Shown here piece after piece: positions 1 through 17,330 of a DNA stretch of 64,000 nt. Position 1 is the first letter of the stretch; the number at the start of each line of letters is the position of its first letter. Position numbers and translations under genes: made by a program. The stretch is from Sminthopsis crassicaudata (Eukaryota), in assembly GCF_048593235.1 (NCBI RefSeq), contig NC_133619.1, positions 638,578,558 to 638,642,557 on the forward strand, written 5' to 3'. The notes under the pieces were generated by a model, which made no database searches, was not told the DNA's origin, and worked only from the letters and a program-made list of their open reading frames with translations.

Positions 1-3000
1 CTGGAGCCAGCAAGAAAAGGAGAAGCTGGTGTGTACAGGACCCAGGTGGAGGTGGAAAGCCCCAGGGGGACCCAGGGAAGTAGGAGCTGTGCCAATAAGC
101 CCACTTTTCAGAAGGGAAAACTGCCTTAGGCAGAGGGACTGCCCCTCCTCCTAGGTCACAACTCAGCAAGGGTCAGAGGATACTTCCCAAGAGCTCAGAA
201 AGCCTGCATGCCGCCGCCCCCCCAAATCCTGTCAGGCACCACTGCAGTAACCAACATGCTAGGCAAGGACCCAGAGCCAGTCCCCTGCTGGGCCTCCTCT
301 GTCTGGAGGGACCGGGGCTTGGGGAGGTAGGGTTGGGGATGGGGAGAGGTGAGTTAGTGTATGTAAGAAAAGGAGGAGCCTGGACTAGGTCCTAGTGATG
401 GCTGTTTCTCTGGAGGTTAGAAGTGCCCTCAAACAAATGAACAGGTTTGGGAAGGAGAGCAAGTGAGAGGTGTGAGTGTGATGTCCTGTGCATCCCCGTC
501 CCACCCCAGGTGAGGGGGAATTTAAAGCGGGGACGCTCTTCCCACAGAGGGCAGGTTTGGGCCATTTCCTAAGGACTGCTCGGCCCAGCCTGACCTGGAA
601 GCTCCCCCTATTGCATTTCTTCACCCTCTTCCATCGAACACCCCAACAAAGCGGTACCTTAAGACAAACACCCTTTTCCTCAAGAGAAAGGTAGTGCAAA
701 TTGCACACCCAGTTCTCCGAGGGAGAAAGGGGTTCAAGTAAACAGACCTGGCCGTGCTCTGTGAAGATGCAAGGACCAAGGAACTGGATTTCCTCCAGAG
801 AAACAAGTCCTGAAAAACATGGCTCAGGGCCCTCTTCTCCCTGGCCTCATCCAGCACATGCTCCTCAGTCTCTGGAAAGCCCCTCACCAGGAAGTAAAGA
901 GCACTCTGATCTCCAGAATCATGGGAGAGCCCCCTCCTCAGCCTGCCTCCCTCAGCCTCCTCAGGACCGGGAGCTCTTGGAGCGGGGGTTCAACAGGGGC
1001 CTTGCAGGTTATCTGCAGCTAGACTAGGCTGCCTCTGCCGGTCGGTCTGGGGATCCCCGGCCTTGGACTTAGGCGAGCTCCCAAATGTGTGAAAATATTG
1101 AGACTCCCCAAGATGAAGGGTGGCGGGAGAGAATGGCCTCACAGAGCATCTTGTCCGGGGCTGTCTGGAAAGGAGCCCTTCCACCGTAGGCAGGCATCCC
1201 CGAGGGCCCCACTGTCCCACCTCGGATCTGGTGGAGGCCGCACTGGGCAGTGTGACAGCTGCGTGTTAGTTGGGCGCCTCTGCTCATCCAGGCCCTTCCT
1301 CACTACGCCCTGGGCCACTTACAGACTGCCCCGGGGCCTCCCTGAAGTCCTCAGCTACACGCCCAGTTCTTTTCCCTGAGCCAGGAGAGTCATCCCCTCC
1401 CCACACACTTTCCTACTTGTCACAGGCTTCATGGGAAGGGCCCAGAGCTGGGCCCATTCCAGAGTGGGGCCACTGAGTCAGTGCCAGAGCCGAGAGGCTC
1501 CCAGCCACCCACCGTCCCAAGGCCACACGTTTGTTCCCGCTTGGGGCACAAAACCAGCGCCCGTCCAAAGGGCTGATGAGCCCAAAAGGCTCGGGAACAC
1601 GGCCCAGGGAAGGCCAGCTTTTTCACTACCTTTCCCTGTTGACTTGGAATCCCCAGTTCAGTCATGTCCAACTCTGGCCCCCATGGACCATCTGTCCGGT
1701 TTTCTTTGCAGAGGTTCCTGAGAGCTTTGCCATTTCCTTGTGCAGTGGAACGAGACAAGAGCTCCAAGGCACCTTGGGGCCCAGGAAGGCCCAAAGTAAC
1801 GGTGTCGAGAGGCCGCAGCCCAGCCCTGGCTCCGAAAGGAACGTTCTTTCCTTAGTGCTTCCCAGGGATGATGTACCCGAACGATAAAAATTAGATCTTC
1901 CTTTCCTCAAGTAGAAGCAGGACAGGTCACTGGGTCCCTGCCCCCACCTGAAAATGAGGGGCTCACGAGCCAACAGGGGTCTGAGAAGTCATTTAATGCT
2001 TCTTGTCCCGTAGCCAAAGTGGGACCACTTGCCCAAACAGGCAGGGCTGCGCCCTTCTCCGGGAGCCCTCTCAGGCACGGGCAGGGCCCGCTGCTGTGCA
2101 GTAGGAACCATTCTTCCCTGGTGGTCTAGAACCCACTCCCCAGCTCTGTCCCACGTCATCAAGGGCCCATTCTCTCCTCTGCTGCAGGCCCGTCTCCCTG
2201 CCGAGGGCCGGCTTTGAGGCCCTGGGAGCGCCTCCGTCTGTCCTAGCAATCCCTCCTCCGTTTGGCAGCTGAACTTCCCGGGCCGGCACTGCCCGAATGG
2301 GCCTCTCCAGTCAGCCGCATTCCCTGGCTTCCAAGTTTCTCGGCTGCATCTGACTGTCTCTGTCTCCCCCCTCCCCCCAGGGCCTCCTTCCTTTGCTGCC
2401 GTGAGCAGGCCTTGGTCTCCCTGTTAAACAGCCCTGCCACGGACTCGCGCCCACTGGCTGCCGGCGGAGGGGGGGTGCGCGGTCCTGGGGTCGGCGGCAT
2501 CTCGCGGGTTAAGGATCCTGGCTTTTCTGAGACGCTCCCTTAGAGGGGCAGGAGTGGGGCAGCCGTGAGAGTGTGAACCCTGCATGTGCAACGTCAAACT
2601 GTTCTCGGAGGGATTGGTTTGTCAACCAAAAATGTGACTTTTAAAGCTGGTTAGGAGTGGGAAAGGAGGGAGACTATGGGGAAATGTAGGCAATGTTTAA
2701 AAAAAAAGCTTCCTCAGCTTCTTAGACACTTCCGGCTCTTGACCTTTCCCAGCTCTCCCCACCCCATGTTCTGGCGGGGCTCGCGCCCTGGTTTCCCCAC
2801 TTCCCGTCTCCCCCTGTCCCAGTCCGTCCTCCACCCAAGCCCCCCACATCCGGGGGCTTGTTTTTCCCTCCCATTCCCCTTGATATACACTCGGCTCTGT
2901 CCCCTCCTTTACCCTTGGGTGGCCCCGGCCTGAAGTCAACAATCAAAATGACTTGCATAGAGCAAAAAGTACTTTGCGAGTAGCTCGCACTAGCAGGTGC

Positions 3001-3082
3001 CATTATTATGCCCACTTTAAGGATGAGAAAACTGAGGCGGCACAGGATAGTATGTTTCTGAGATGCATTTGAACTCTTGACG

Positions 3083-3096
3083 GCGCCATCTAGCGG
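3083..3096 (-). promoter_or_regulatory. CTCF consensus site upstream of CCDC97
   Basis: gcgccatctagcgg; reverse complement CCGCTAGATGGCGC fits the CTCF core CCASYAGRKGGCRS. Confidence 0.6.
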
Positions 3097-3129
3097 TCTC
3101 GAGAGGTAGCACCGTCAAGTCAGCAAATC

Positions 3130-3700
3130 CTTAAAGGTTCGGCGGATTCAGCGCTTCCGTCGGTGGAAGCCGACTCCCTTTCTTTCCTCTCGCTGCCCCT
3201 TCTGGGGACCCTGCCTTGGGGCGGCTATTGTGCGGTCCGGAACCAAGGGCCCGGAAGCGCAGGCCGAGGCAGGGACCGTTTGGGGGCCGCACTCGGGAGC
3301 GCCGGAAGTGGATTGTGAGAACCCGGATCGCCACCGAGAGGACTCGGGATGGAGACGGAAGCGGTTCAGGGTTCCCGAGCAGGTGAGGATCGGGCCTGGG
3401 GTGCAGGGAGTGGGGTGCCCAGCCGCGGCGGGGCCACCAGAAACAGCATCTCCCCCCGGCCTCGGAGCCCGCCCCTCGGCCCGCAGGCGTTTATCGAGAA
3501 GCCACGCGAGACGAAAGCTGCCCTCGAGGAGCTTCCCTCCCCCCGCCCTCCTTAGCGTTTTGTCCCGGCCCCGAACCCGACGCTGCCGGCGCCTGCGCAC
3601 GCGGACAGGACGGGCCCGTGCCGGCGCCTGCGCACACGGGCGCACCTGTCCTGCGCTGGCGCCTGCGCACACGGGCTCACCTGGCTGGGTAGCTTCCCTA
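3130..3700 (+). promoter_or_regulatory. CpG-island promoter/first intron of CCDC97
   Basis: CpG-dense; ETS/GABP CCGGAAGTG at 3302-3310; three NRF1-like GCGCCTGCGCA at 3589, 3624, 3659; ATG at 3349. Confidence 0.7.
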
Positions 3701-6058
3701 GCCTGGACTCGTTAAGTCCCCACCTAGGGCTGGGCCGTGAAGGAATGGGTTTGGGGTAGGAGGAACTGAACTCGACTCCGAGCCGTGGGTTCCGCCTTTC
3801 CCGCGGAGAGTAAGCGCCCGGAGGGCAGGCTGCCTCCGGGGGAGGGGCGGCCCCGCCCAGCAGGCGTGGTCATTCCTGTTCCCCAGCAGCAGCAGCAGCC
3901 TCTGCAGCCCCCGAGCTCGGCCTGGGAGGGGGCGCCCTGCACTGGGGGGAGCCGAGCGGGGCGCCGCCCCCTGAGGCCCCCCAGAAGCAGGGCCCTGCCC
4001 AGGCCGAGGAGGAGGACGAGGAGGAGGTCCAGGAGGACCCCGGCGTCCGGGCCATGCTGCGCGCCGTGGCCGGCAGCCGCATCCCGGTGCGCAGCCAGCA
4101 GAAGGACGAGCCCGACTTCACCGAGAGGGAGAAGGTGGCCATCCTGCGCCGCCTCTACCGCGACAAGCCCCTGGTCTTCCTGGAGCGGTTCCGCAGCAGC
4201 CTCCGCGAGGAGCACCTGGCCTGCTTCCAGCACCTGCGCGGGGACTACCGGGCCGACTTCTACTGCGCCGAGGTGCTGCGGGGGGCCGCCGCCCGGGGCA
4301 GGGCCTCCCGCACCCGCCTGCGCAACCGGCGCTACGCAGCCCTGCAGGAGCTCATCCGCGGTACGGGCCCGCGGCCCGGGACCCGCGGGGGGACAGGGAG
4401 GAGGACACGGAGGGAGACCCCCGCGGGGACGGGGACACGGAGCGGGACAGGGAGGATACAGAGGGAGACCGCCAGAGGGACGGGGACACGGAGCGGGACA
4501 GGGAGGATACAGAGGGAGGCCGCCAGAGGGAGGAGGACACGGAGGGAGACCCCCGTGGGGACGGGGACACGGAGCGGGACGGGGACGGGGACACGGAGGG
4601 AGACCCCCGGGAGGACGGGGACACGGAGCGGGACAGGGAGGAGGACACGGAGGGAGACCCCTGCGGGGACAGAGACACGGAGCGGGACAGTGATGGGGAT
4701 AGGGAGACGGAGCCGACCCCCCCCCCAAGGGGACTCGGAGGGACGGGGACACGGAGCAGGACAGTGATAGGGATAGGGAGACAGCCGAACCCCCAAGGGG
4801 ACACGAAGCGGGATAATGATGGGGATAGAGGCGCTCAGAGCTGGACCCCCAGGGGATCGGGACACGGATTTGGCCGGTGATGGGGTCAGAGACAGGAACA
4901 AGGACCAGCTTAGTGATGGGGACATGCACACGGGGTCATTCCTACAGATGGCCGCCCCGCCAGCTCTAGGCCAGGCCAGGGACACGGCAGCAGATACACT
5001 GCGACAGTCTGGACCATATCAGCACACATCTACCCCCCCCCAACTCCGTGCCCCCAAACACAGGGTGGGGTCACTCAATACAGGTCCCGGCTGCTCCAAG
5101 AAACCCACGCTGCCCCCTCCTGTCCCAAGCTGAGGGCCGGGGGTGCTGCAGAGGAGGGGAGGGGAAGTGAGGCGTCTCCATTGGGCCCCATGTCCTGTTG
5201 TGCCCCAGGCGGGGAGTACTTCAGTGATGAGCAGATGCGGGCCCGGGACCCCCTGCTGTATGAGCAGTACATCGGGCAGTACCTGAGCGAAGAGGAGCTG
5301 GCCGCCCGCTCCCCAAAGACCCTGGCCCCGGATGGCTGCCCCCTGGCCGACCTGCTCCTCCAGTCCTACCAGGAGGGGGTGCTCCAGCGGAGGCTGCTGC
5401 AGCAACAGGAGGAGGAGGAGGCCTGCCTGGAGGAGGATGAAGACGAAGAGGAGGAGGATGAAGAAGAGGAAGAAAGTGAGAAAGGGGTCCCCATCGGGCT
5501 GGGAGGGGCTGCAGAAGCTCCGGGGGCAGCCCGCACCCACCACCCGACTGGTCTGTCCAACAGATTGCGGGCCTGGGCAGGAGGAAGAAGCCTGGGTCCC
5601 CGACTCAGAGGAGAAGGTCATCCTCAGAGAGGAGTTCACCAGCAGGATGCACCAGCGCTTTCTGGACGGCAAAGACGGAGACTTTGACTACAGGTGGGCC
5701 CGATGTCCCCGCCCCCAGGAACGGAGGCTCCCTTGGGAGCACTGTCCCCGAAGCAGCCCGGGGAGGTGGGGAGCACGGGGGTCAGACAGAGCCGCCTTTG
5801 CTGATTGAAGTGGGGACCGGGACTCGGAAGCATGGGCCTGGACGGGAAAGCCCCGCCCCCTCCCGCAGTCTCGCCCCGCCCCCATTCTCTCCCTTTGGCT
5901 GAAACACGCCCGTTGAGCCCCTTCCCCCCTCCCCCCGCTGCAGTAAGGTGGACGACAACCCGGAATTTGACAACTTGGACATTGTGACTCGGGACGAGGA
6001 AGAGCGCTACTTCGATGAAGAGGAGCCGGGGGAGGCGGAGCCAGATGAGGAAGACTAG
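3349..6058 (+). CDS. CCDC97: Coiled-coil domain-containing protein 97, ~339 aa, 5 coding exons
   Basis: Exons 3349-3382, 3887-4360, 5209-5475, 5564-5693, 5944-6058 (1020 nt; GT-AG; phases 1,1,1,2). Diagnostic peptides [76 protein letters not shown]. Confidence 0.95.
4370..4990 (+). repeat. G-rich minisatellite in CCDC97 intron 2
   Basis: Degenerate units of GGGGACACGGAGCGGGACAGGGAGGA(GGACAC/TACA)GGAGGGAGACC; explains the long repetitive ORFs at 3724-4985. Confidence 0.85.
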
Positions 6059-8883
6059 CTAGAACTCGGACCCAAACTTGTCCCCCGGGGCAGTGGCCAC
6101 CGGACCCCAGTAGGGGGCGCCCCCTGCCAGGCGCAGACATCCCCCACCTGGAACATGACTGATGAGGAAGCGCAGCCTCCGGTGCTTGTGTGGGGGGCCC
6201 AGGGCCGCACCCCCTCCCCGGGATCCCTCTGCCTCTCAGGGCCTCTCGTGGCGCGACCTCCGATCTCTGTTAATGCCCCCTCCCCCTCCAGGCCGCCCCC
6301 GAGCCCCATCTTGGTCAGGGCGGCTCGGAACAGAACTGGCCCCCCTCGCGTCCCCGACCACAGCCGCAACTTTCCCTTCCTTCACTTCCTCCTGCCCTGT
6401 TTACACTCCCCAAATACTTGCAGCCTGTTATCATGGGCCCTGAGTCATCCTTTGCCTTTCCCCTCCCCTCCCCCCAGGGCCTTCCCACCCCTTCAGCCCA
6501 GCCCCGAGGCCCGTCTGGGTGGGGGGCGCACATGGCAAGCTAGCTGTGCCTAACGGGAGCCAGATGACCCTGGTGACTCAGCCGGCTGTGTGGGAACCCA
6601 GGCGTCCTGCCTTCCCAGGCCCCTGGCTCCCCTCCCCCAAAGGAAAAGCCGGCTCCGACTCTCCCTCCGTCCTCCCCCAAACCCTGGGGTTGGCCGGTGC
6701 TCGGCGCTCCCGAGATATCCGAAGCCATGGGAAAGAGACCACCTAGGTGCCTTGCCCTCCCTTTCTCCCCTTCCAGTGGGGCTTTCCTACTGAGTCACGG
6801 GGGGAAGTGGGGTGAGTAAGGACTGGGGAGACGGGCCCCACCCCTACCCTTCTGCCTACCGGGGCCAGGGGCCAGGGCCAAAGTGCTCCGAAGGACCCGC
6901 ACCAGTGGAAGCACACGGGCCAAGGTGAAGCCCCAGCCGCTGCGGTCCCGAGAGCCAAAGGGGGACACTGAGGCAGAGGACGCAGGCCAGGCTCGGACTA
7001 GAGGAGGCCGGGAAGAACCCCGGGCACTGAGAGGGGGAGGGCCCCAGGCTCGGGGTGAGCCCCGGGGTGGGCAGATGGGCCTCCCTGCATTTCCCCCGGG
7101 GAAATGGGCCAGCTCCCGACCCGTTGGGCTTCTGCGATCCGCTCGGTCCCCGGGGGCTCCAACCCCCCACCCCGACCCCGGCACCAGGCTGGGTGATTCC
7201 CGGCAGAGGATGACTGGTGTCCCAGGGGGGGCTGGGGGTCGGTCAGTGTGTCTGTCTCCCCGTGGGGGTGACGGGAGTGAGTCTGCGTCTGCGCTGGGCC
7301 AGGCCCTGTCTCGCCCACGGCCCTGGAGTCAGAGAAAATATTTGTGTTCCGGGCTGCCCCCTGCCGCCCCCTCAGGGACCCAGGCATCCCAGCCCGGGGC
7401 TCTGCCTCCCCTCCCGAGCGGGAGAAAGGAGCTGGGGAGCAGCTAGCACCTCCCAGCCCCCCTGCCCAGGATCCCCTCCCCAGGGTATGTACCATGTAAA
7501 CACAGCAGGCCCGGGGATATTTATACAGTGGGCTGGGCTCCGTGCCAACGCCCACCGCAGCCCCTGCCCGCGGGCGCCCGCCTGCCACCGTGGCAGGCAG
7601 AGAGGCCCCAGGGAAGGGGGAAGGAGGGGTGGGCACAAATGCACACCCCAAGCCACAGACAACACAAAACACACCAGCTGGAGGGAAAACACCCAGGCTC
7701 CAAGACACAAACACACCCACTCAGATGTGAATGTGCACAGACTCGGCCGGGCCGCCCTGACCCCCCTCGAGCCTCTCACACGCGCGCGCCGGGGAAGGAG
7801 CCGGCCGGGAGGGGGCAGGGACAAGCCCTTGTTTAAGACCAGGAGCAGAGACAGGAAGGGTCCCTACCGCCCTCAGTTTCCTGCCCCTGTGGGGGCCGGA
7901 CAGGAAGCCACGCCGGAACCCAGCCGTGCCCCCCTCCACTTCCCTCCGGCCCCAGCCTCAGGGGAGGGACTCCGGCCTTTGGGGGAGCAGCCACCTTTCC
8001 AGCCCTACTCCTCTCCCCTCCTCCACCCCCCAGCCGCGAGCAGCTCCGGGCATGGGGCAGACGTGCCCTGACTTAGCCTGACCACCCAGCCGGGGGCCCC
8101 TGGCAGGCACGAGCCCGGCGTGGGGCAGGGCCCCGGGTGTGAGATGGGGAAGGGGGAGGGGCTCTGGAGATGCCAGGGTGGCACACAAAGGGGCGGGGCT
8201 TCCCCCACCCACCACCACTCCAGAAAGGGGAAGGTGCTTAGCTGCAGTTTCTCGGCTGTGCTAGGCAGGGCAGGCACCCCGAGGCCCAGCCCCCTCCTCT
8301 TGCCAGCTCACTGGGCATCCCTGGCCCAAGAATTCGAGCCCGGGGGCCGAGGGAGCGGTTAGGAGGAAAGAGGCGTCCCGCCGGCCTGGTGTGCGCACTG
8401 CACAGCTGGGCTCCCTCGGAACCTCCACGGTGACCGGTTCGGTGGCCCTCCAGCGGTGTGCTTGGTGGGGAAACAGCTGTGGCTACTGCCCGGCAGGGGG
8501 CCCTTCACATGTCCTGGGTCTGCCTCAGGCCCGATGAACCCGAACCCCAATCCAGGGCCCTGCTACCCACTCTCCCCATCAGAAGTAGCTGTGGGAAGGA
8601 GGAGCCTGGGGCCTGGGCCTCAGTAGGGGGGTCCCTCAGCCCCCAAACTGGGGAGCAAGTAGTGTGGGGGAACCGGCTGGGGGTCGGGCACAGAGATGGG
8701 CACAACAGACCAGGGAAAAGACGCCAGAGAATGCCGGAGGCCGAGATGCGTCAGGAGAGGCTCGTTAGGGATGGAGGGAGCCCGGAATAGGGAAGGCAGA
8801 CAAGTGGAGACGTGCCCCCCGCTCCTCATCCCAAATAGCTCCATTCCCTCAATAACACACAGATCCCAGTTTCTCTCTCCACC

Positions 8884-8889
8884 TTTAAT
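8884..8889 (-). terminator. TGFB1 proximal polyadenylation signal ATTAAA
   Basis: tttaat on + strand, ~160 nt past the TGFB1 stop, in a context like the human TGFB1 3'UTR as recalled. Confidence 0.7.
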
Positions 8890-9046
8890 CGGCCCCCAGG
8901 GGGTTGGGGTCCGGGTGGCCTTTAAATACCACACAACCCCCCCAGGCCAGGTCCCTCTCCCCCTCCCTTAAGGGTCCAGCTTGGGGAGGAGTGGGGGGAA
9001 GGGGGCCGGGCCTGCCGGGGGGTCCCCGGGGATCAGGGCGGGGGTC

Positions 9047-12074
<3,028 letters not shown>

Positions 12075-12561
12075 GGAGGAAGAGGCGCCCGCTGCGGCTG
12101 CTCTGGCCTCGGGGCCGGCGGCCAGGGGAGGGCTCGGGGTCCCCGAGGGGAGGAGGGATCTAAAGCTCTTCGGGGAGGTCTGCTGGAAGGGGAGGGTGTC
12201 TGAGTCTGAAGGCGGGGGCACAGAGGGACGAGATCCGAGACGCGACTACTGGACGCCGGGGGTGAGAACTTCGGAGACTGAGAGGGGGGCCAGGCGTCCC
12301 CGACTGTCCGGAGGGCCGGGGTCTGCGAGGCTTTTCCTGGATTCGGGGATGGGCTGCTGGGGGTGAGGGACCAGAGGTCCCGCGGGGAGGCAGCAGCGGG
12401 CGGCTAGGTCCGGAGTGCCCGGGGCGCGGTGGCCCAGGCTCCCGGGGGCAGGCAGGGCGCGCTCCGGCTCGGCCGGTGAGAAAGTCTCAACTTCTGGGCA
12501 ACAAGTCCCGTCCCTCCTCCTCCTCCTCCTCCTCCTCCTCCTCCCCTTTCCTCCCCTCCTC

Positions 12562-12596
<35 letters not shown>

Positions 12597-13350
12597 TCCT
12601 GAGGCTGCTCTGGAGACAGCGGCTCCTGGGCCCCCGGCTCCTCCTCGTCCTTCCTCCTTCCTCCCGCTGGGGCCGGCGGCCCGGGCTCCGCTAGAGCCGG
12701 GGGGGGTCCCGGCCGGCCCCAGGGGCCCCGCATGGGCCGGGGCGGGGCTGGGCTACGAGGCTGTGGCGGTGGCTCTGGGTGAGACGGCGCGGGGGGCGCC
12801 CCCCGGGAACGCGGCTCCGGCTCGGGGGTGGCGGAGGGCAGGGGCAGGGGGCGGGCGACGGCTCCAGCGGGGCAGCCGGGTTCGGGCTTCGGAGCTTTTT
12901 GAAGCGGCTGCGGCCCCACCCAGGAAGCGCGCGCGGGGGCCGGGGAGGAAAGGCGGGGGGAAGGAGGGGAAGGAGGGAGGGAGGGAGGAAAGCGCGGCTC
13001 CCCCCCCCCAGCTGCCCAGAGGCCGGGGATGGCGCCCCGCCCCCGGGACCTCGGCGTCCTCATACCCCCTCCCCACGCCGGCAAAGGGAGGCGGGCTGGG
13101 AATAGCGGCTGGTCTAGGGGCTCCCCCCACCCCCCGCGGCTGTCTGCCCAGGCCCCGGCCGCAATGGGGAGGGGCCGCGAAGCGCCGGGAGACCTCGCCC
13201 GGGCTCTGTTCCTCCAGGAGTGGGGGCCGAGGGATTCCCCTCACCGCTGGCCTCTCCCTGGCCCAGATCTGGCACTTCCCCCCCCCCATTCAGCCACACC
13301 GCGGGAGGGGCTTAACCTCCGATCCGAGGCCGCTTCTGGGAAAAGGGACA
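12075..13350 (-). promoter_or_regulatory. TGFB1 GC-rich 5'UTR and CpG-island promoter with (CCT)10 at 12513-12542 and (CGG)11 at 12563-12595
   Basis: Extremely GC/CpG-rich; repeats counted directly; TTGAGACTTT motif (~12483-12492) resembles the human 5'UTR as recalled. Confidence 0.7.
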
Positions 13351-13398
13351 GGAGAAGAAATTGGGGAGGGGGGGGACATTCGGGCTCATCCCCTGGGA

Positions 13399-13411
13399 CC
13401 CTAGATGGCGT
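13399..13411 (+). promoter_or_regulatory. CTCF-like site between B9D2 3' end and TGFB1 promoter
   Basis: CCCTAGATGGCGT, a near match to the CTCF core. Confidence 0.45.
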
Positions 13412-14145
13412 TCTCTGGGGGGCAGAAAGACCCCGACTTAGAGCCAGAGCTTCACTGGGAGTGGAGAAAGTACCCAGAGGGCGGGGAGAGAACAGTGGAG
13501 ATTACTGGGAGGGGGACAAGGGGGGGATACAGGGAGAGGGCCATGAGCCCCCCCCCCCCCCAAGGAGACAGGGCTCAGCCCCAGGGACAGCCCGAGGGCG
13601 CAGGGGAAGAAGTACAGGGAGGCCCAAGAAGGAAGATGGAGGCCAGGAAGTAAGCTTAAAGAAGGTGGCTCCCCAATGGCTCCAGCCCCCCACCTTAGGC
13701 AAGTGCCATTCCCTTTCTGAGCCTCAGTTTCCCCATTTTCCAAAGAGTAGAATAAATGAGACCACATCAAGAGTCAATAAGGCTCCTTTTAACTCAGACA
13801 TTGGGGTTCAATCACTCAAGGTGCCGTCCCTAGACACCCCCCAAGGGACCGGACTCCGGACTGAGGCCGTTTCCCTTTAACAGATGGGGGGGACGGCGAT
13901 GTCTGCTCTCTGTAGGACTCCTGTATGTACAATTTGTGCATTTCCTCCGTGAGGTCACCCCCGTTCACTCAGACACCCCTGGAAAGCCTCTCGGTTTCTT
14001 GGCATCTCCCGGGGCTTCCTTAGCCCAGCGCCTGGCTCCCAGAGAAAGCTCAGGAAGCGTGCGGATTGCCCACCGAGGGCAGGAGTCGGACGGACAGAAA
14101 AGGGGACAGGAGGAAATGACCGGGCTTGGGAGCCGGCCCAGGTCC

Positions 14146-16463
<2,318 letters not shown>

Positions 16464-16899
16464 TCAGGTCTGTTTTCTCATCTGCAAAATGAAGGGTCAT
16501 GACTTCAGCCGGGAGTGCCCAGAACCCAAAGGAGCTCTGGAAGATCTGAGTTCAAATCCAGCCTCAGACGCTTCCTAGCTCTTTAATCCTGAGCAAGACC
16601 CGACCGAAGGCTCAGTACAAATACTTTAAAGCGCTTTGCAAATCTTAAAAAGAAATCAGTGTGTGTGTAAGCATGTATACACATGCGGATACAAATGTAT
16701 CTATAGATGTATATAGGCTGTTAACTGAAAACCAATAACCCTTCCCATCGCCTTGGCTCCGCCCCCGGCTTATAAATAGACATGCGCAGTACCCCTGCAG
16801 AGCTGCAAAATGCTCGCGACTCCGGCCCCCACGCAGGCGCCGTTTCTCTGGCAAACTCCCGGACTACTCTACGGAGACGCGTCTCCGCGCCTCTCGGCA

Positions 16900-17330
16900 C
16901 CCGGCCCCTGCCTCCCCTGCCCCTGATTCACCCGAGGAGTCTGAAAACTTCGGGACCGTCGGCAGACTGGGCGGCTTCCGGGGCCTGCTCCGGCTGTTGC
17001 TCCGGCAACGGAGGCTCGCAGTCTTCCCTCCGCAGCATTCGTGCCCGCCCTAGCGCCGCTGATTGGCCCTCGGAGAGGAAATGAGGCGGGACAGTAGGTA
17101 TCTCCCGCCTTCGCCTCGTGCACTCCTCGCACACCGCTGATTGGGCCTCAGATGGAATGGGTGTGCCAGGAATGAAAGAGCGCCTTTCCCTTCGTGTGTG
17201 CCCGCCCAGCCCTCTGCTGATTGGTCCTTGCGGACGGTGATGGGGCGGGATTAAAGTCTTCTCCCTTCCAAGATCCCTTGCGCCCATCCCATTGCTGGGC
17301 TCTAATTGGTGTGTGCCTTGGCATCTGGGG
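16900..17330 (-). promoter_or_regulatory. B9D2 promoter and probable non-coding exon 1
   Basis: CpG-rich; three GCTGATTGG (CCAAT on minus) at 17058, 17136, 17216; candidate minus-strand donor G|GTGAAT at 16932/16931. Confidence 0.6.

Noticed and set aside
1-3050. Expected HNRNPUL1 3' end (human synteny)
   Set aside because: No recognisable HNRNPUL1 coding sequence; it may be UTR or intergenic but cannot be supported
3724-4985. Long Pro/Gly/Arg-rich ORFs (217-401 aa)
   Set aside because: Products of GC-rich exon 2 antisense or shifted frames plus the intronic VNTR
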